Shown: positions 38,373-49,655, counted from the stretch's first letter. The stretch: DNA of 64,000 bases from Marsupella aquatica (GCA_973895155.1 OZ316896.1:10902795-10966794); one strand, 5' to 3'. Notes: generated by a model not told the origin, from the letters alone. Numbers and translations are program-made.

Positions 38373-41300
38373 TGTGATGCCTAGCCAGGAATCACTCGGC
38401 CAGTTAAGTGGGTAAAGTAGAAGTGCACCCTAGAAACACCTTAGTATAGGGACAAAACAAGGAAAATATAAACAATTAGGGGCGACTATGGAACCCTGGC
38501 CGAGGCCGGAGGTAAGGACGCTGGGGGTGAAAACAAGATTAGGGTTAGGGCGCGCTAAGCGTCGGTGGCTAGGAAGGATCAACGGAAGGAAGGACCGGAA
38601 GAGGAGAGGGGTAAGGACCGCTCGCGAGGAATAGTGGCTCATTTGCAAGAACAAACTGGGTAGACGACTACGGGAGGCCAAATGCTGTCAGCTGCTTAGA
38701 CAAGCACTCGGGGTGGGAACAGATACCAACGATCGACTCAAGGAGGGTATGAGCAACGTCAATCAAGCGGCACATTTCTGGGGATGCCTGTTCGAACGGG
38801 CAACTGAGTACATCAAGACTTACGAGGATGAAGAATTAGAAAGGGCAGCTCAAGAACGGCAGGAGCTCGCTCGATTGTGGAAGCTGCAGAAGACGGCTTT
38901 CTTAGGAGGCGAACTCATCAAGGCCGAGTTCTTGTGGACTCCTACTTCCAATCAGCTCGACGATCTTCTTTTTTGCAAAGATAGAGTCGTCGGCATCCGA
39001 GAAGCCATCAAACGCTGCAACAACATACACTTGGAGTTGAAGGGTAGCACGGAGGGGTGGACAAAGGCAGCCGTGCTAGGAGAAACCTCCACGACAGCCG
39101 AAATGAAGAGGAAGGGAGCCGTCAACGATGAAGCCACCCCGGCAAAAAGAACGAGGTCGGCGGCACCAAAGAAGCCAGCCGAGCAGCAGAGCAGGAGGCA
39201 AGGAGAAGCCGAAGAGGAGGATGATCCCATCAATGCCATTCCAACTAGGGATGACACCTGGAAAGGCTGGGCAGCAACCCTACCAGAGGAGGTGCAACTA
39301 CATTTTGCACGGGAGGAGGATGCATGCTTTACGGCCATGCAGACCAAGAAGTACCAAGGCTTCATGGCCGGATCCGGCTTAGAGGCCTTTGTAAGATTAC
39401 CATGGCTGAAGCCGGAGGTGCCGGATTCAGACCTATTTGTGGGGTCATGGGAACTCGAGACCAATTCCACGAGGATATATGGGAAGGATTTCTATCTTAC
39501 TCCCAAGGTGATTGCCGAAGTGTTTGGCTTGCCGATAGGCAATAAGACCAAAGTTGATACCAGGAAGACCTTGCCTGACAAGGAGTTCCGGTCGTTCCCC
39601 GGGCCATCAACGAAGAATGGCTTCTTCCGAAACACCTGCACCAACCCGCACATAGGAGAGATGATCGACTTCTTGCGGGTGACCATGCATTGTAACTTGC
39701 CGAGGGCAGAGATCGGCAAGGCTCAGGTCTACCTGGCAGAAAGGCCAGATCCAAGCCGGGATTACAACGGGTACCTCCTCAACCAACTGAAGAAGATCTT
39801 GAAGGAGGAACATCAGGTGATCGGCGTGGGAAGCGTGTCCCGGCTTGGCTATCACATGTCGCTATTGTGCCGGTATGCCAGAAGTCAAATCTTTGCCCCA
39901 GTACTTCCCCTATCAGCAAGAGCATCGGAGGAGGGCCCGGAGCAGACGCCGGCAACGGAGAAACCCAACCCGCCCGACAGTCCTACAATCGAGCAGGTGT
40001 TTAGGCCAAGGATGGAGGACTTGCCGATGCAGCAACCAGGCATGCAGAATCTGCTGAAATTACTGGAGAAGGAAAAGAGAATGGCAACGGCAACGACAAC
40101 GACACCAATGCAGGACACTGCTCCAGAGGTGGGCCTAAGCCGGCTTACAAGGGAAAACCCCTTTACTGGGGTCAAGGAGAGAAGGAGGCCGGAACACGAG
40201 CCGGGAGTCCGGATGTATGTCGGAACCTTAAGTCCCGAAGCCGAGGAGAAGCAGGCCGTAGCTCCCGGCCACGACAAGGAGAACAAGAGATCAACACGGA
40301 AGCCGGAGGAGGAACCAAGACCGGTGAGAGGTGAAACCGTGTTAACAACAGAACCAGGAGAACAGCGGGAGAAGCCGGTAGTCCAAGCCGAGGAGGAGGC
40401 GGTAGAGGACTACAGCAATGATGACTCCGGCTACGGGTCGGATCATCATGTTCCAGGAGTAAGGACTTGTGGCCAGTTTATCCCCACACTTCCAAGGGTA
40501 GTTCGAGGGGACCCCAACCAGCAGAGTAGCCCCGAGTCTCCCCCACCAGATGTTGCTCCCCCGAGCTTTGATGGTATAAAGCAGACGGCACAGGAATTTC
40601 AGGAGCGACTTAGGGAAGCAGAAAAGGCAGCCCTGGCTAGGGAAAAGGATTTGCCAAGAGGAGATTGGCCGGAGGACATCAGGCGGCTAGCCGAAAAAGG
40701 AAGCAAACCTCTAGCCACGATTGAAGAGATCCGCAAGACGGCTTGGGAGCAGAGGCCACGATGGTCGATGCCGATCACTTCTACTTACTCCACCTACGCT
40801 AAGAATAGAGCCGTGGAGTATGGTGAGATATGTGGAGAACTTGCGCTCGGCATCTTTGGGGAGGAGTTGGAGGTAGGACCCTTTTTCCATAGGGAGCAGT
40901 TGGAGAAGCACCAATTAGAAGAAGCGGTGGCTTTAGAGAGAAGCAAGAAGGACAAGGTCATCCGGCGGCTTAGGAGGATGGAAGCCGAGATTGAAGATCT
41001 AAGGGCGGCCAAGAAAGCCCAAGATGAACTGCGGATTAAGCGGCATGAGCTGAACATCATGCAGGGGCAGTTGGACACCGCGCAGGCTGATAATCAGATT
41101 ATCAAGGATAAACTGACTCAGACACAGGGAGAATTGGCCGACGCAATCAAGGACAGGGAGAAATGGAAGAAGGAGCTGAGAGACGCAGAGGAGGCCCATA
41201 TAGCAGTCAACAACCGGGTCACAGCGGAGATTCAGAGAAGGGAGAGGGCGCTGAAGGAAGAGCTCGAGGTCATCTGCAGAACCCTTGAGCAGAAGGAGGC

Positions 41301-43101
41301 CGAGTTAGGGAAATCCTATCAAGGGATTATTGCGCTACAGCAGGAGCTTGCGTCCCGAACGGCCAGCTTCAAGGCTGACCTGCGGGAGAAGGACGCCCAG
41401 CTCGACCAGACTTATGCCAAGATGAATAACATGGAGTCTGAGGTCGTAGCGGAGCTCGACAAGGAGCTAAGAGCAACCCAGGAGGAGAGGGCTACCACCA
41501 AGAAGGAATTGGAGGAAGCCCACAGGGAATTGGAGGAAGCCAAAAACAAGCTGGAGGAGGCACGTAAGGACCTGGATGAGACCCAGGAGGAGTTGGAGGA
41601 AATCACGACAAAGATGAAGAACCTACAACGGCGGGCCGACAACCAAACAGAGCGGCTGAAGAAACAAGCCGTAGTATTTAAATGCTTAGCTGCATCAGGT
41701 CCATCTCCCGTTGGGGCACATCATTTACCCAGGGTGGTAATTGCCGAAGGACCAGCCGTGACACACGGCCCGGTGCCGGACGTTGGCGGCAAGGGGAAGG
41801 AACCGGCTATGGAGATAGTGAAGAAGAAGAAGCGGAAACCTTCAGGGTCCGGAGGTTATTCGACCCCTCAAGCCGTACTCAAACCGGTACCAACCTCCGG
41901 CATGAACACGGCAATAGATCCCGCTAGCACCAAAGGTGGGGATGGCGCGGCCCAAGCCGAACTACTCAGTAATGAGGCCGGTATCCCAGATCCACCTCTT
42001 GAGCAGGCCAGAGAGGCCGTAGCCGTAGCCGTGAATGATTTCCGAGCCAAGGCCGAAGCCGAGGGTGGGCCCAGTCAGGCCGATGGAGAGTTGACTCAGT
42101 CAAGGACAGGTAATCTGTCAGGGAACAAACCAACGGCAGTGGTTGCGGAGGAAGCGTTGGGGGCGTCCATTGAGGATCCACCACCGGTGTCGTGACGGTG
42201 CAAGGGCGCCGTTCCTTTTAGGAAGGGCGGACGTGGAGGGAGGAGGCGTGAGTGGGCAGGGCGGGATCAGATCTCTAAGTTTAGGATTAGGATCAGGACC
42301 AGGAGGCGGCCCTGACACTTAGCTTAGTGGGATTGCGGTTCCACTGGTAAGAGCAACACTTGTACTCCTGCCTCGCTGTACATAGGTAGATCCAGTTAGG
42401 TAGATTAGGCTTACGCTGCAAAGAATTAGGCGGATCCACTACCAGGATAAGTACCTGGGCAGCGGGGAGCTCAGGGCCTCTTCTTTAGCAAGTTTTTAGT
42501 TTGCACCAGCCGGGCTAGGATCAAGTAGTAAGAGAAGCTCTCGGTTAGTCATACAATGACCCTTGTGTATATTCATGTTTCCTCATGCCTAAGAGCTGAA
42601 TAGAGTTGGCCTCACGGCTTAGTTCGTAGAGCTTGTGTATGAGATGTACTGTTTGTATGGCAAGCGCATGGTATGATTCAGTCAGAAGGAGTCATTTTGC
42701 TATTTGTGTGTCGCATTAACTTGTGTGAAGAGTGCCCACATCAACCAACAGAGGAAGGAAAGTAAGCAGGGGAGTGAGAGTTGGATGTGTCGAGCTGAGA
42801 GAGGTCTTAGCGGCTTAACCAAGCCTATTGGGGATCATTCCGGCGGCGGAATCCAAACATACCTAACCAGAAGGAGAGGAAGACAAGGGAAGGCCTAGAT
42901 TAGGCCGGCTACGTATCTCATGACCCGATGAAGGATCTGTCCAGTATATGAGTGTAAAATGTTAATAGTAGTAGTAGAAGGAGGTTAGCAGCGTCCCATG
43001 CCGCTAAGCCGCGGAAACGGCCTCGCCAAGCGTGAAATCTGCGGGAATCGGCTTGCGCTGGGGGGGTTTCTTGGGTTTAGGGAGCCATGGAACGCACCAC
43101 A
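38373..43101. mobile_element. Solo-LTR-like insertion (4729 bp) carrying a long ORF
   Basis: Starts tgtgatgc and ends gcaccaca (7/8 inverted, TG..CA). 5-bp TSD cacat at 38368-38372 and 43102-43106. The tandem unit resumes exactly across it. No internal LTR pair, gag or pol seen. Confidence 0.85.
38713..42195 (+). CDS. Intact 1160-aa protein (first ATG 38749): plant-transposon-associated domain-like N-terminal region plus long SMC-like coiled coil
   Basis: Uninterrupted 3.5-kb ORF. GLEAFVRLPW..LFVGSW..IYGKDFYLTPKVIAEVFGLP resembles domains of Gypsy extra ORFs. ~250-aa E/K/L-rich heptad region and KKKKRK NLS-like motif. Confidence 0.75.
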   Translation: MGTDTNDRLKEGMSNVNQAAHFWGCLFERATEYIKTYEDEELERAAQERQELARLWKLQKTAFLGGELIKAEFLWTPTSNQLDDLLFCKDRVVGIREAIKRCNNIHLELKGSTEGWTKAAVLGETSTTAEMKRKGAVNDEATPAKRTRSAAPKKPAEQQSRRQGEAEEEDDPINAIPTRDDTWKGWAATLPEEVQLHFAREEDACFTAMQTKKYQGFMAGSGLEAFVRLPWLKPEVPDSDLFVGSWELETNSTRIYGKDFYLTPKVIAEVFGLPIGNKTKVDTRKTLPDKEFRSFPGPSTKNGFFRNTCTNPHIGEMIDFLRVTMHCNLPRAEIGKAQVYLAERPDPSRDYNGYLLNQLKKILKEEHQVIGVGSVSRLGYHMSLLCRYARSQIFAPVLPLSARASEEGPEQTPATEKPNPPDSPTIEQVFRPRMEDLPMQQPGMQNLLKLLEKEKRMATATTTTPMQDTAPEVGLSRLTRENPFTGVKERRRPEHEPGVRMYVGTLSPEAEEKQAVAPGHDKENKRSTRKPEEEPRPVRGETVLTTEPGEQREKPVVQAEEEAVEDYSNDDSGYGSDHHVPGVRTCGQFIPTLPRVVRGDPNQQSSPESPPPDVAPPSFDGIKQTAQEFQERLREAEKAALAREKDLPRGDWPEDIRRLAEKGSKPLATIEEIRKTAWEQRPRWSMPITSTYSTYAKNRAVEYGEICGELALGIFGEELEVGPFFHREQLEKHQLEEAVALERSKKDKVIRRLRRMEAEIEDLRAAKKAQDELRIKRHELNIMQGQLDTAQADNQIIKDKLTQTQGELADAIKDREKWKKELRDAEEAHIAVNNRVTAEIQRRERALKEELEVICRTLEQKEAELGKSYQGIIALQQELASRTASFKADLREKDAQLDQTYAKMNNMESEVVAELDKELRATQEERATTKKELEEAHRELEEAKNKLEEARKDLDETQEELEEITTKMKNLQRRADNQTERLKKQAVVFKCLAASGPSPVGAHHLPRVVIAEGPAVTHGPVPDVGGKGKEPAMEIVKKKKRKPSGSGGYSTPQAVLKPVPTSGMNTAIDPASTKGGDGAAQAELLSNEAGIPDPPLEQAREAVAVAVNDFRAKAEAEGGPSQADGELTQSRTGNLSGNKPTAVVAEEALGASIEDPPPVS

Positions 43102-43891
43102 CACATGTAGTTCATCACGCGTACAGTCGCGTGAACCAATTTATCTCGTGTCTTTTGATATTGTTTATTGTAGTCGATAGCCTAGCGAATTGGCCAGAAA
43201 TCTATTTTGAAACCGAGTTCTGATTCACGCGACCGGTCGCGTTAATGTTTTAGAGGTCAGCGAAAGCTCTGCACTCTTAGACGTAATCGCCCTTTATTTC
43301 TCAGATCTTTCTGATCTCAACTTGTTAGTAGGATGACCTGTTTTTTGGGTTACACATATAGTTCATCACGCGCACAGTCGCGTGAACCAATTTATCTTGA
43401 TATTGTTTATTGTAGTCGACTGCCCAACGAATTGGCCAGAAATATATTTTAAAATCGAGGTCTTCGTTTCATCACGCGCCCGGTCGCGTTAATGTTTTAG
43501 AGGTCAGCGAAAGCTCTACACTCTTAGAAGTAATCGCCCTTTATTTCTCAGATCTGCCTGATCTCAACTTGTTAGTAGGATGACCTGTTTTGGGTTACAC
43601 ATGTAGTTCATCACGCGCACAGTCGCGTGAACCAATTTATCGCAGGTCTTTTTGATATTGTTTATTGTAGTCAACAGCCTAGCGAATTATCAGTCAGAGG
43701 AATCTCAATTTTTCCTTGATTGCAAAAATGGTTACATCAATCCCGAAGGACTTCGGATGTGGAATCCATATCCACTAGCACTATCCAGGAATTTAAGCTA
43801 CACAGTATCTATAACAAGTTCTAACTTGAACTACTCTTGAATCTGTAGTTCTAATCTTCGACTACTCAAAATATTGTTGACTTCGATCGAG

Positions 43892-44434
43892 TCAGTCATT
43901 CCAAGATGAAGGCATCCACTCATCAGTGTCTGGTGTGGATTCCCTTGAATCCAAAAATTCTTCCTTTGCCCAAGTCCTAACGTCCATAGATTTTCTCGGC
44001 TTTCTCTTTCTATAATACAAATCAGAATCTTCGTTCATCTCTAATTGCCTTTTCTTCGGTGCATCCACTTTCTTGGCCTCCTTCTTGACTGTCTTAGCGT
44101 CTGCTGCTGCTTCCCCCAAAATGGATTTGACGCATGCTCTGGCCTTCAACTTCTCCCCCCTCAAAACGGATTCCACGAGGGCTTTGCCCTTTAACTTCTC
44201 CCCTGATGCCATCTTTGTAGTCATCTCTGTCGGATTGGTCTCCATCTGATCTTCCATCGACAAATGTGGCGAACAATGTTGTCTCTCACAAAACATTTGA
44301 CCCGATTTAGTCACCGTAAACATTATATTACATCGCTGACACATTCTATAAGGAGTACCACGAATTCGATACGTCAAACCTTCTGAATCATCCATCGGAA
44401 CATCCTCATTCTTTGAGCTCAGCGGAGTAGTCAT
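43892..44434 (-). CDS. 180-aa protein with a CxxC...Cx4CxxH cluster and basic NLS-like tail; third gene of the Sola-like element
   Basis: Intact ATG-to-stop ORF, CQRC..FCERQHCSPH, YRKRKPRK; divergent from the transposase. Confidence 0.55.
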   Translation of the reverse strand: MTTPLSSKNEDVPMDDSEGLTYRIRGTPYRMCQRCNIMFTVTKSGQMFCERQHCSPHLSMEDQMETNPTEMTTKMASGEKLKGKALVESVLRGEKLKARACVKSILGEAAADAKTVKKEAKKVDAPKKRQLEMNEDSDLYYRKRKPRKSMDVRTWAKEEFLDSRESTPDTDEWMPSSWND

Positions 44435-44749
44435 CGCCCTTCAAACAAGAGATGCTGACCGAGACTAAGAATTGGAAATGAGAGAGCTGATGTGCGAATA
44501 GATTATCCAGTAGCCAGAAAGTGGAATGCATGGGGGAATGAGCAATAGGGATCATCTCAATGCTTTATACTGTTTAGTCTCCACTAGTCATTGTACATAG
44601 TGGTTTCTAGAAGAGGGTGCGCGTTTGACTGGCGCGTATTAGAATTGGCAGGAAGTTCAGTTGTCCTCTAATTATGGCTTTAATTTCACGTTTGGCGACC
44701 GCCCCGGGAATACTGATTGCTAGTGAAGTACTGAGATTTCTTATGAAGG

Positions 44750-45560
44750 TCAGTAGTTACTGACTGTCCGATGTCCACTCATTGGTAAACTGGTACTGTC
44801 CACTCATTTTTCCTGAGTGGAGTTGAAATGATTGTTCGTAATTGATTGTAGTCGTTCTCATTCACTTGAAATGACTGACGGACCATGCACTATCTTTACC
44901 GATATGTGTGATGCCTTTAGATCCGTAATTGTATCTTCCTGTCTCGCGCGCAATCGTATCTTACTTATGAAGTACCAATTACGAGCTAGAGTTTGGGCCT
45001 AGCCTTCTAGCTTCTACGTCGTAGACCCTGTACCCTCTGACTAAGGTCACGCGACATGCCTTTAGATCCATAATTGTATCTTCCTGTCTCACGCGCAATC
45101 GTATCTTACTTATGAAGTACCAAGTACGAGCTAGAGTTTGGGCCTAGCCTTCTAGCTTCTACGTCGTAGACCCTGTTATCCCTACACCCTCTGACTAAGG
45201 TCACGCGACTAGTCGCGTGCAGGGCAGTGCATTGACTACATTCTGCCTACTTATTGATGGTTGTGACAGGACAATGCAGTTCACGGATGTTTTACTAGCG
45301 CTTCTTAGCACTATTGTCCTCAGTAGTTACTGACTGTCCACTCATTTGTTTTGAGTGGATGTGAAATGATTGATCGTAATCGATTGTGGTCATTCTCATT
45401 CATTTGACATGACTGACGGACCATGCATAGTCTGTTGCCGGTATGTGTGGTACCTCTAGGGTCACGCGACCAGTTGCGTGCAGCGCAGTGCATTGACTAC
45501 ATTCTGCTTATTGACCGACGTGACAGGACAGTGCAGTGAAATTGACGGACGTGACAGGAC
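44750..45560. repeat. Nested direct duplications in the divergent promoter region
   Basis: ~44915-45055 vs ~45057-45210 (~145 bp), ~44751-44915 vs ~45321-45450, ~45198-45290 vs ~45459-45550. Confidence 0.85.
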
Positions 45561-45585
45561 TGTAAGCTTATAGTGATATTCTCTG

Positions 45586-48500
45586 ATGTGCAGGATCATA
45601 ATTATTATGGTGACATCGACAGTCTGGATCAGGGAAGGCGGACAAGTTATTATAGGCATACGTGAGAAACAGGTTGGAAAAGGTCGCGTGATAAGTCTTG
45701 ATCCTTCCAGGGTTTGTCACAATGTTCCTCTTGGGGCGGACAGAGTTCTTCTTCTATTGGAGGAAGTTTTTGACGAGACCATTCTATGCGAAGATGGCAA
45801 ACTTTTGAAGGACATGATTGGGGGTTACCTTGTATGGGAAAGGAATCAGCTTTTTCGAGCTCCCATGGAATCGGAGGATGTGTTTGGCACTGTTGGTGAT
45901 GATCAAGATCCAGTCAATCAAAATTCTGATGGGAACAACCATAATGAGAGTCGGTCTGGTGTGGAAGTAGTTTTACCAAAGGCCTTGTGGATGGGCATGC
46001 CTGTAAAGGTGGTGGATGAGAACAAGTTGATTTTTGCAGTGGCAACTATACATGTTCTAGATCCTATAGTGAAGCTTGGAGATGTCACCCTTGGGAATAC
46101 ACATGTGGGAATTCTGATCAACGATTTTGTCGAGGGAGCTACCATAGATCATCTGAAGCATAGAGATTGCTTAAAAGCTTGGTCGATGGACCAACTCATT
46201 GCCAAGGATGGCAACTTGTTGTCTTTCCACAACATCAGGCAAGCTGTGGGAGGGAACACATCTCCAACAAGTGGCAAGCGGTCCTACGTCCATAAAAGTA
46301 GGAAAAGAAAGAGTCCATCTTCCCAGACATCTAGAAGAGACACATCTTTGGCACGTCAAGATGTGTTGTTGATAAACACTAAGGACTGTTGTAGTGAACA
46401 TTGTTGCCAATATTTGGACCGCAACTTGGCTATGGCAATTAGGCAAAAGTGGTGGTCAAAATCTTTTGCGGAGCGCAAGGAGGAAGAAATCAAGGCTATT
46501 AAAAATACAATACACTTGGGTACTGGAGAAAGGATTCTAGCAGTGGAGGGCAAAGTATTGTGCTTGGAGGCATGGAGAATCATTCATTCAAGAGGAAAGA
46601 CTCAATTTTATGCCTTGAAGAAGACTGTGATGGCTGGAATGAACATAGGTACCCATGGTAATGCTGGAAAAAGGCGTATGTCCGAGAAAGTATCTCAAGC
46701 GTTCATGTCAATGAAAGAGATTATTGAGGAGGCAGCTGATCATCATCCAGCCAAGTTGAGAACCATGGCAGATAATACAAGGATGGTTTTGAGGGAATTG
46801 CCAACAAATCTTACTTGGGAGAATATTAGAAACAGGGTTAATGTTGTCAACCAGGAGGCTGGTCTTCCTCCAATTTCCCAACCCACCTTGAGTCATCTAC
46901 ATCAGATGTATTTCAGGGAGTTCTCACGTCACAAAAAGGGCAACAACTTTTCAAAGTGTACAACTTGTAGTGAGTTGCTTCAATGGAAAGCAAACCTTAC
47001 AGGAGCTAAGGAAGAGTTAGAGGGCCTAAGGCGTGACGAGGAGGAACATCACCAAGACCACACATAGCAAAGAATGTGCTATCATACCTGGAGATATGAG
47101 TCCATCCATCGTCCAAAGGAAGTGTTATGCCTTATTCATGATAAGATGGATCATTCAAAGACAGCTCTCCCAAGAATGCCCTTCAATCCTAAGCATGTGG
47201 ATGGTGCCCAAAAGTTCCCAATTACTGTCACTGGTATCCTTACTCATGGTCATGGTCCCAAGGCCATAGCCCAATATCATGTTGGAGTGTGGCCAGGTGA
47301 TGTCAACATCACTATTGGGTCAATTGATTCAATACTAAGGATGTTAGAAAACCCAAATCCAATGATCAAATCACTTGTGGAGGGGCCAGACTCGACAAGT
47401 CTTTTTAAAGACCTCCTTTTTGGGAGAGCAGATATCTTGGAGGCAAGTGTCCTTAGAGCATTTGAGGATGACATTGCCTACATCTCAAGCCTAGGTACTT
47501 TACTCACAATCCTTTAATTTATTATTATTTAATAATATAAGCTCACACACACTGACACTCTACTTTGTGTAGTTGTTGCTCCTCCTAGCCAAGGTTTCAT
47601 TAATAGGGTTTAAACCCTAAACCCTAAATTGGGGTTTAGGGTCTGACTAGGGTTTTATTTAAAAGCATTCTGAGATTGTTACATTGTGATGTAGCACCTG
47701 AGGCACCAAAGTTCAGGCCCCTTCCACGAGTATTGAAGCTACAACTGGATAATTGTGCCTCAGACAACAAGAACAGATATATGATGGCTTATTTATCATT
47801 GTTGACGACAAGGGAGGTGTTTGAAGAGGTTCATCTTGGTTTTATGGTGGTTGGGCATACTCATGAGGACGTTGACGGTATTTTCGGGCATTTTTCAGAG
47901 TCTATGATGCATAACCCCACATACTCATTGCCTGAGTTAATGTCCTTGTTCATGAGAGCAAGGACACCCAATGCAGTCCCACATTTTCTACAGGAGGTCC
48001 CAGATTTCAAAAACTACTTAGCTCCATTCATGTTGAAGGGCCCTGAGGCATTGGTGGGGCATTTAAAACCCAGGCTGTTTAGGTTCTATGTTCATCATGA
48101 TAGTATGCCATGCTTCCAATACAAAATGAAGTCAACTGATCAGGGATGGTTACCCAAGGAAGGTATTGAAATGCGGTCATGGAAAGATGACAAAAGTCCT
48201 CACATCCCAATTGGGGTGCCCAAACGGCTACCAATGATGGAGTTGAAAATGCTTCCTGAAGTGCTGACAGGGTTGAAGAAGCATGTGTCATTCTTTGAGT
48301 TTATTCTAAAGCGAACAAAAGAGGAAGAACCAAAGCGACGTTGGACAACTCTCATCAATTATTGGAATGACATTGTAGATACTCTACAGGGTGAGCAGGT
48401 GCAATATGAACCTGAAGGTGCACACAACTTGGAATACGGGTTTTGGCCTTTATCAATATGGAGAGAGCACGTTCCACCAGAATATCGAAATGTGGCATGT

Positions 48501-48983
48501 GAGTTGGAGGCAACAGTGGATTATGTGGGACCAGCAAAAGATAAACCTCCTGAGAGTTTTAACCCTAGGGTTGATGTTGTGAAGGGCTGTTATGTGTTGG
48601 TACGGCCGGACGACTCAGACCTGGATGTTTATCCCGTCCATATGGGGTTAGTTGTTACAAATGTGGTAGAAGGACCAGTGAATGAACAAAACCTTCTTAC
48701 TCATGTATGTGGCGTTGAGTGGTTTAGACCATTTATGGCAAAGAAACAACGTGGTCAATCAGACTGGCAGCCAAGAGAGCGGTGGGCAGATTCTTGGGAT
48801 AAGAAATGGGAACGTGATCCATCTCCAATATACAAGGAAGCTGAGACAATAGATGTTTCCTCTGCCTTGTGGTGTTTCAAAGCACGCAAAGGACCAGTGA
48901 CAGGGCTGGTAGGAATTCCAAAGAATGTTGCTGTCAAGGCAAGAGACTATCTCTTGACATGCATAGCAAGTGACAAATCCTAG
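45586..48983 (+). pseudogene. Sola1-like (DUF7869-type) DDE transposase, spliced, with one in-frame stop
   Basis: DCCSEHCCQ, FSKCTTC, LIHDKMD, ITVTGILTHGHG, LKLQLDNCASDNKN, GFMVVGHTHEDVDGIF. TAG at 47065-47067 is in frame with the next ORF. Intron(s) ~47495-47694. Likely start ATG 45607. Confidence 0.82.
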
Positions 48984-49064
48984 ACAGTAATGAAGCATGT
49001 AGTTTAGCATACAGTTTAAAAGGCAACTCAAAATAGTAGTAGCCAGAGAACTCAAGTTTAGACA

Positions 49065-49655
49065 AGTCTTATCGTCTAAGTTAGTTAGTTGGTTAGTTTA
49101 TTTAAGATATAATATTAGTTAGTGGGGCCTTAGTTTGGTGATATTATGGCATGATATTATTGACATTCAAATGAATGTCCAGTAGACATTGTAATATACA
49201 ACAATCCTATTAATAAATAATAATTATAGTTACACCCTCAAGTGAACTCAACTTTCAATGATTTCTGATTTTATATGGTTCCATGCCTGATTGAGTCAAA
49301 GCAATAGAAACTAACTAATTAAAGGGTGATACTATAATTGTAGGTCACGCACCCTGGTGTGTGTCAATCTTTTTTGTATTCAACCCTATAGTAATTAAAT
49401 AGACAAGTTAGTTAGTTGGTTAGTTTATTTAAGATATAATATTAGTTAGTGGGCCCTTAGTTTGGTGATATTAAGGCATGATATTATTGACATTCAAATG
49501 AATGTCCAGTAGACATTGTAATATACAACAATCCTATTAATTGTTGTAAAGAAACTAATTAATTAAAGGGTGGTACTTACTATGATTGTAGGTCACGCAC
49601 CCTGATGCGTGTCAATCTTTTTTGTATTCAACCCTATAATAATTAAATAGACAAT
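49065..49655. repeat. Subterminal direct duplication near the right end of the element
   Basis: agttagttagttggttagtttatttaagatataatattag... at ~49078 and ~49406; tgtaggtcacgcaccctg..gtcaatcttttttgtattcaacccta at ~49340 and ~49588. Confidence 0.88.

Larger units (their letters stand above)
37740..43695. repeat. ~250-bp tandem array (~5.5 units) split by the 38373-43101 insertion
   Basis: Unit cagatcttcctgatctcaacttgttagtaggatgacc...gtgaaccaatttatc recurs near 37811, 38064, 38318, 43302 and 43549. Each full unit carries two TCACGCG-N6-CGCGTKA palindromes. Confidence 0.92.

Noticed and set aside
38713-42195. Host SMC/myosin-like gene
   Set aside because: No ATPase or motor motifs, and it is bounded by TG..CA and a 5-bp TSD inside a transposon tandem array.
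47605-47642. Interstitial telomere or chromosome fusion site
   Set aside because: Only a few imperfect units inside an intron; recorded as a small hairpin instead.
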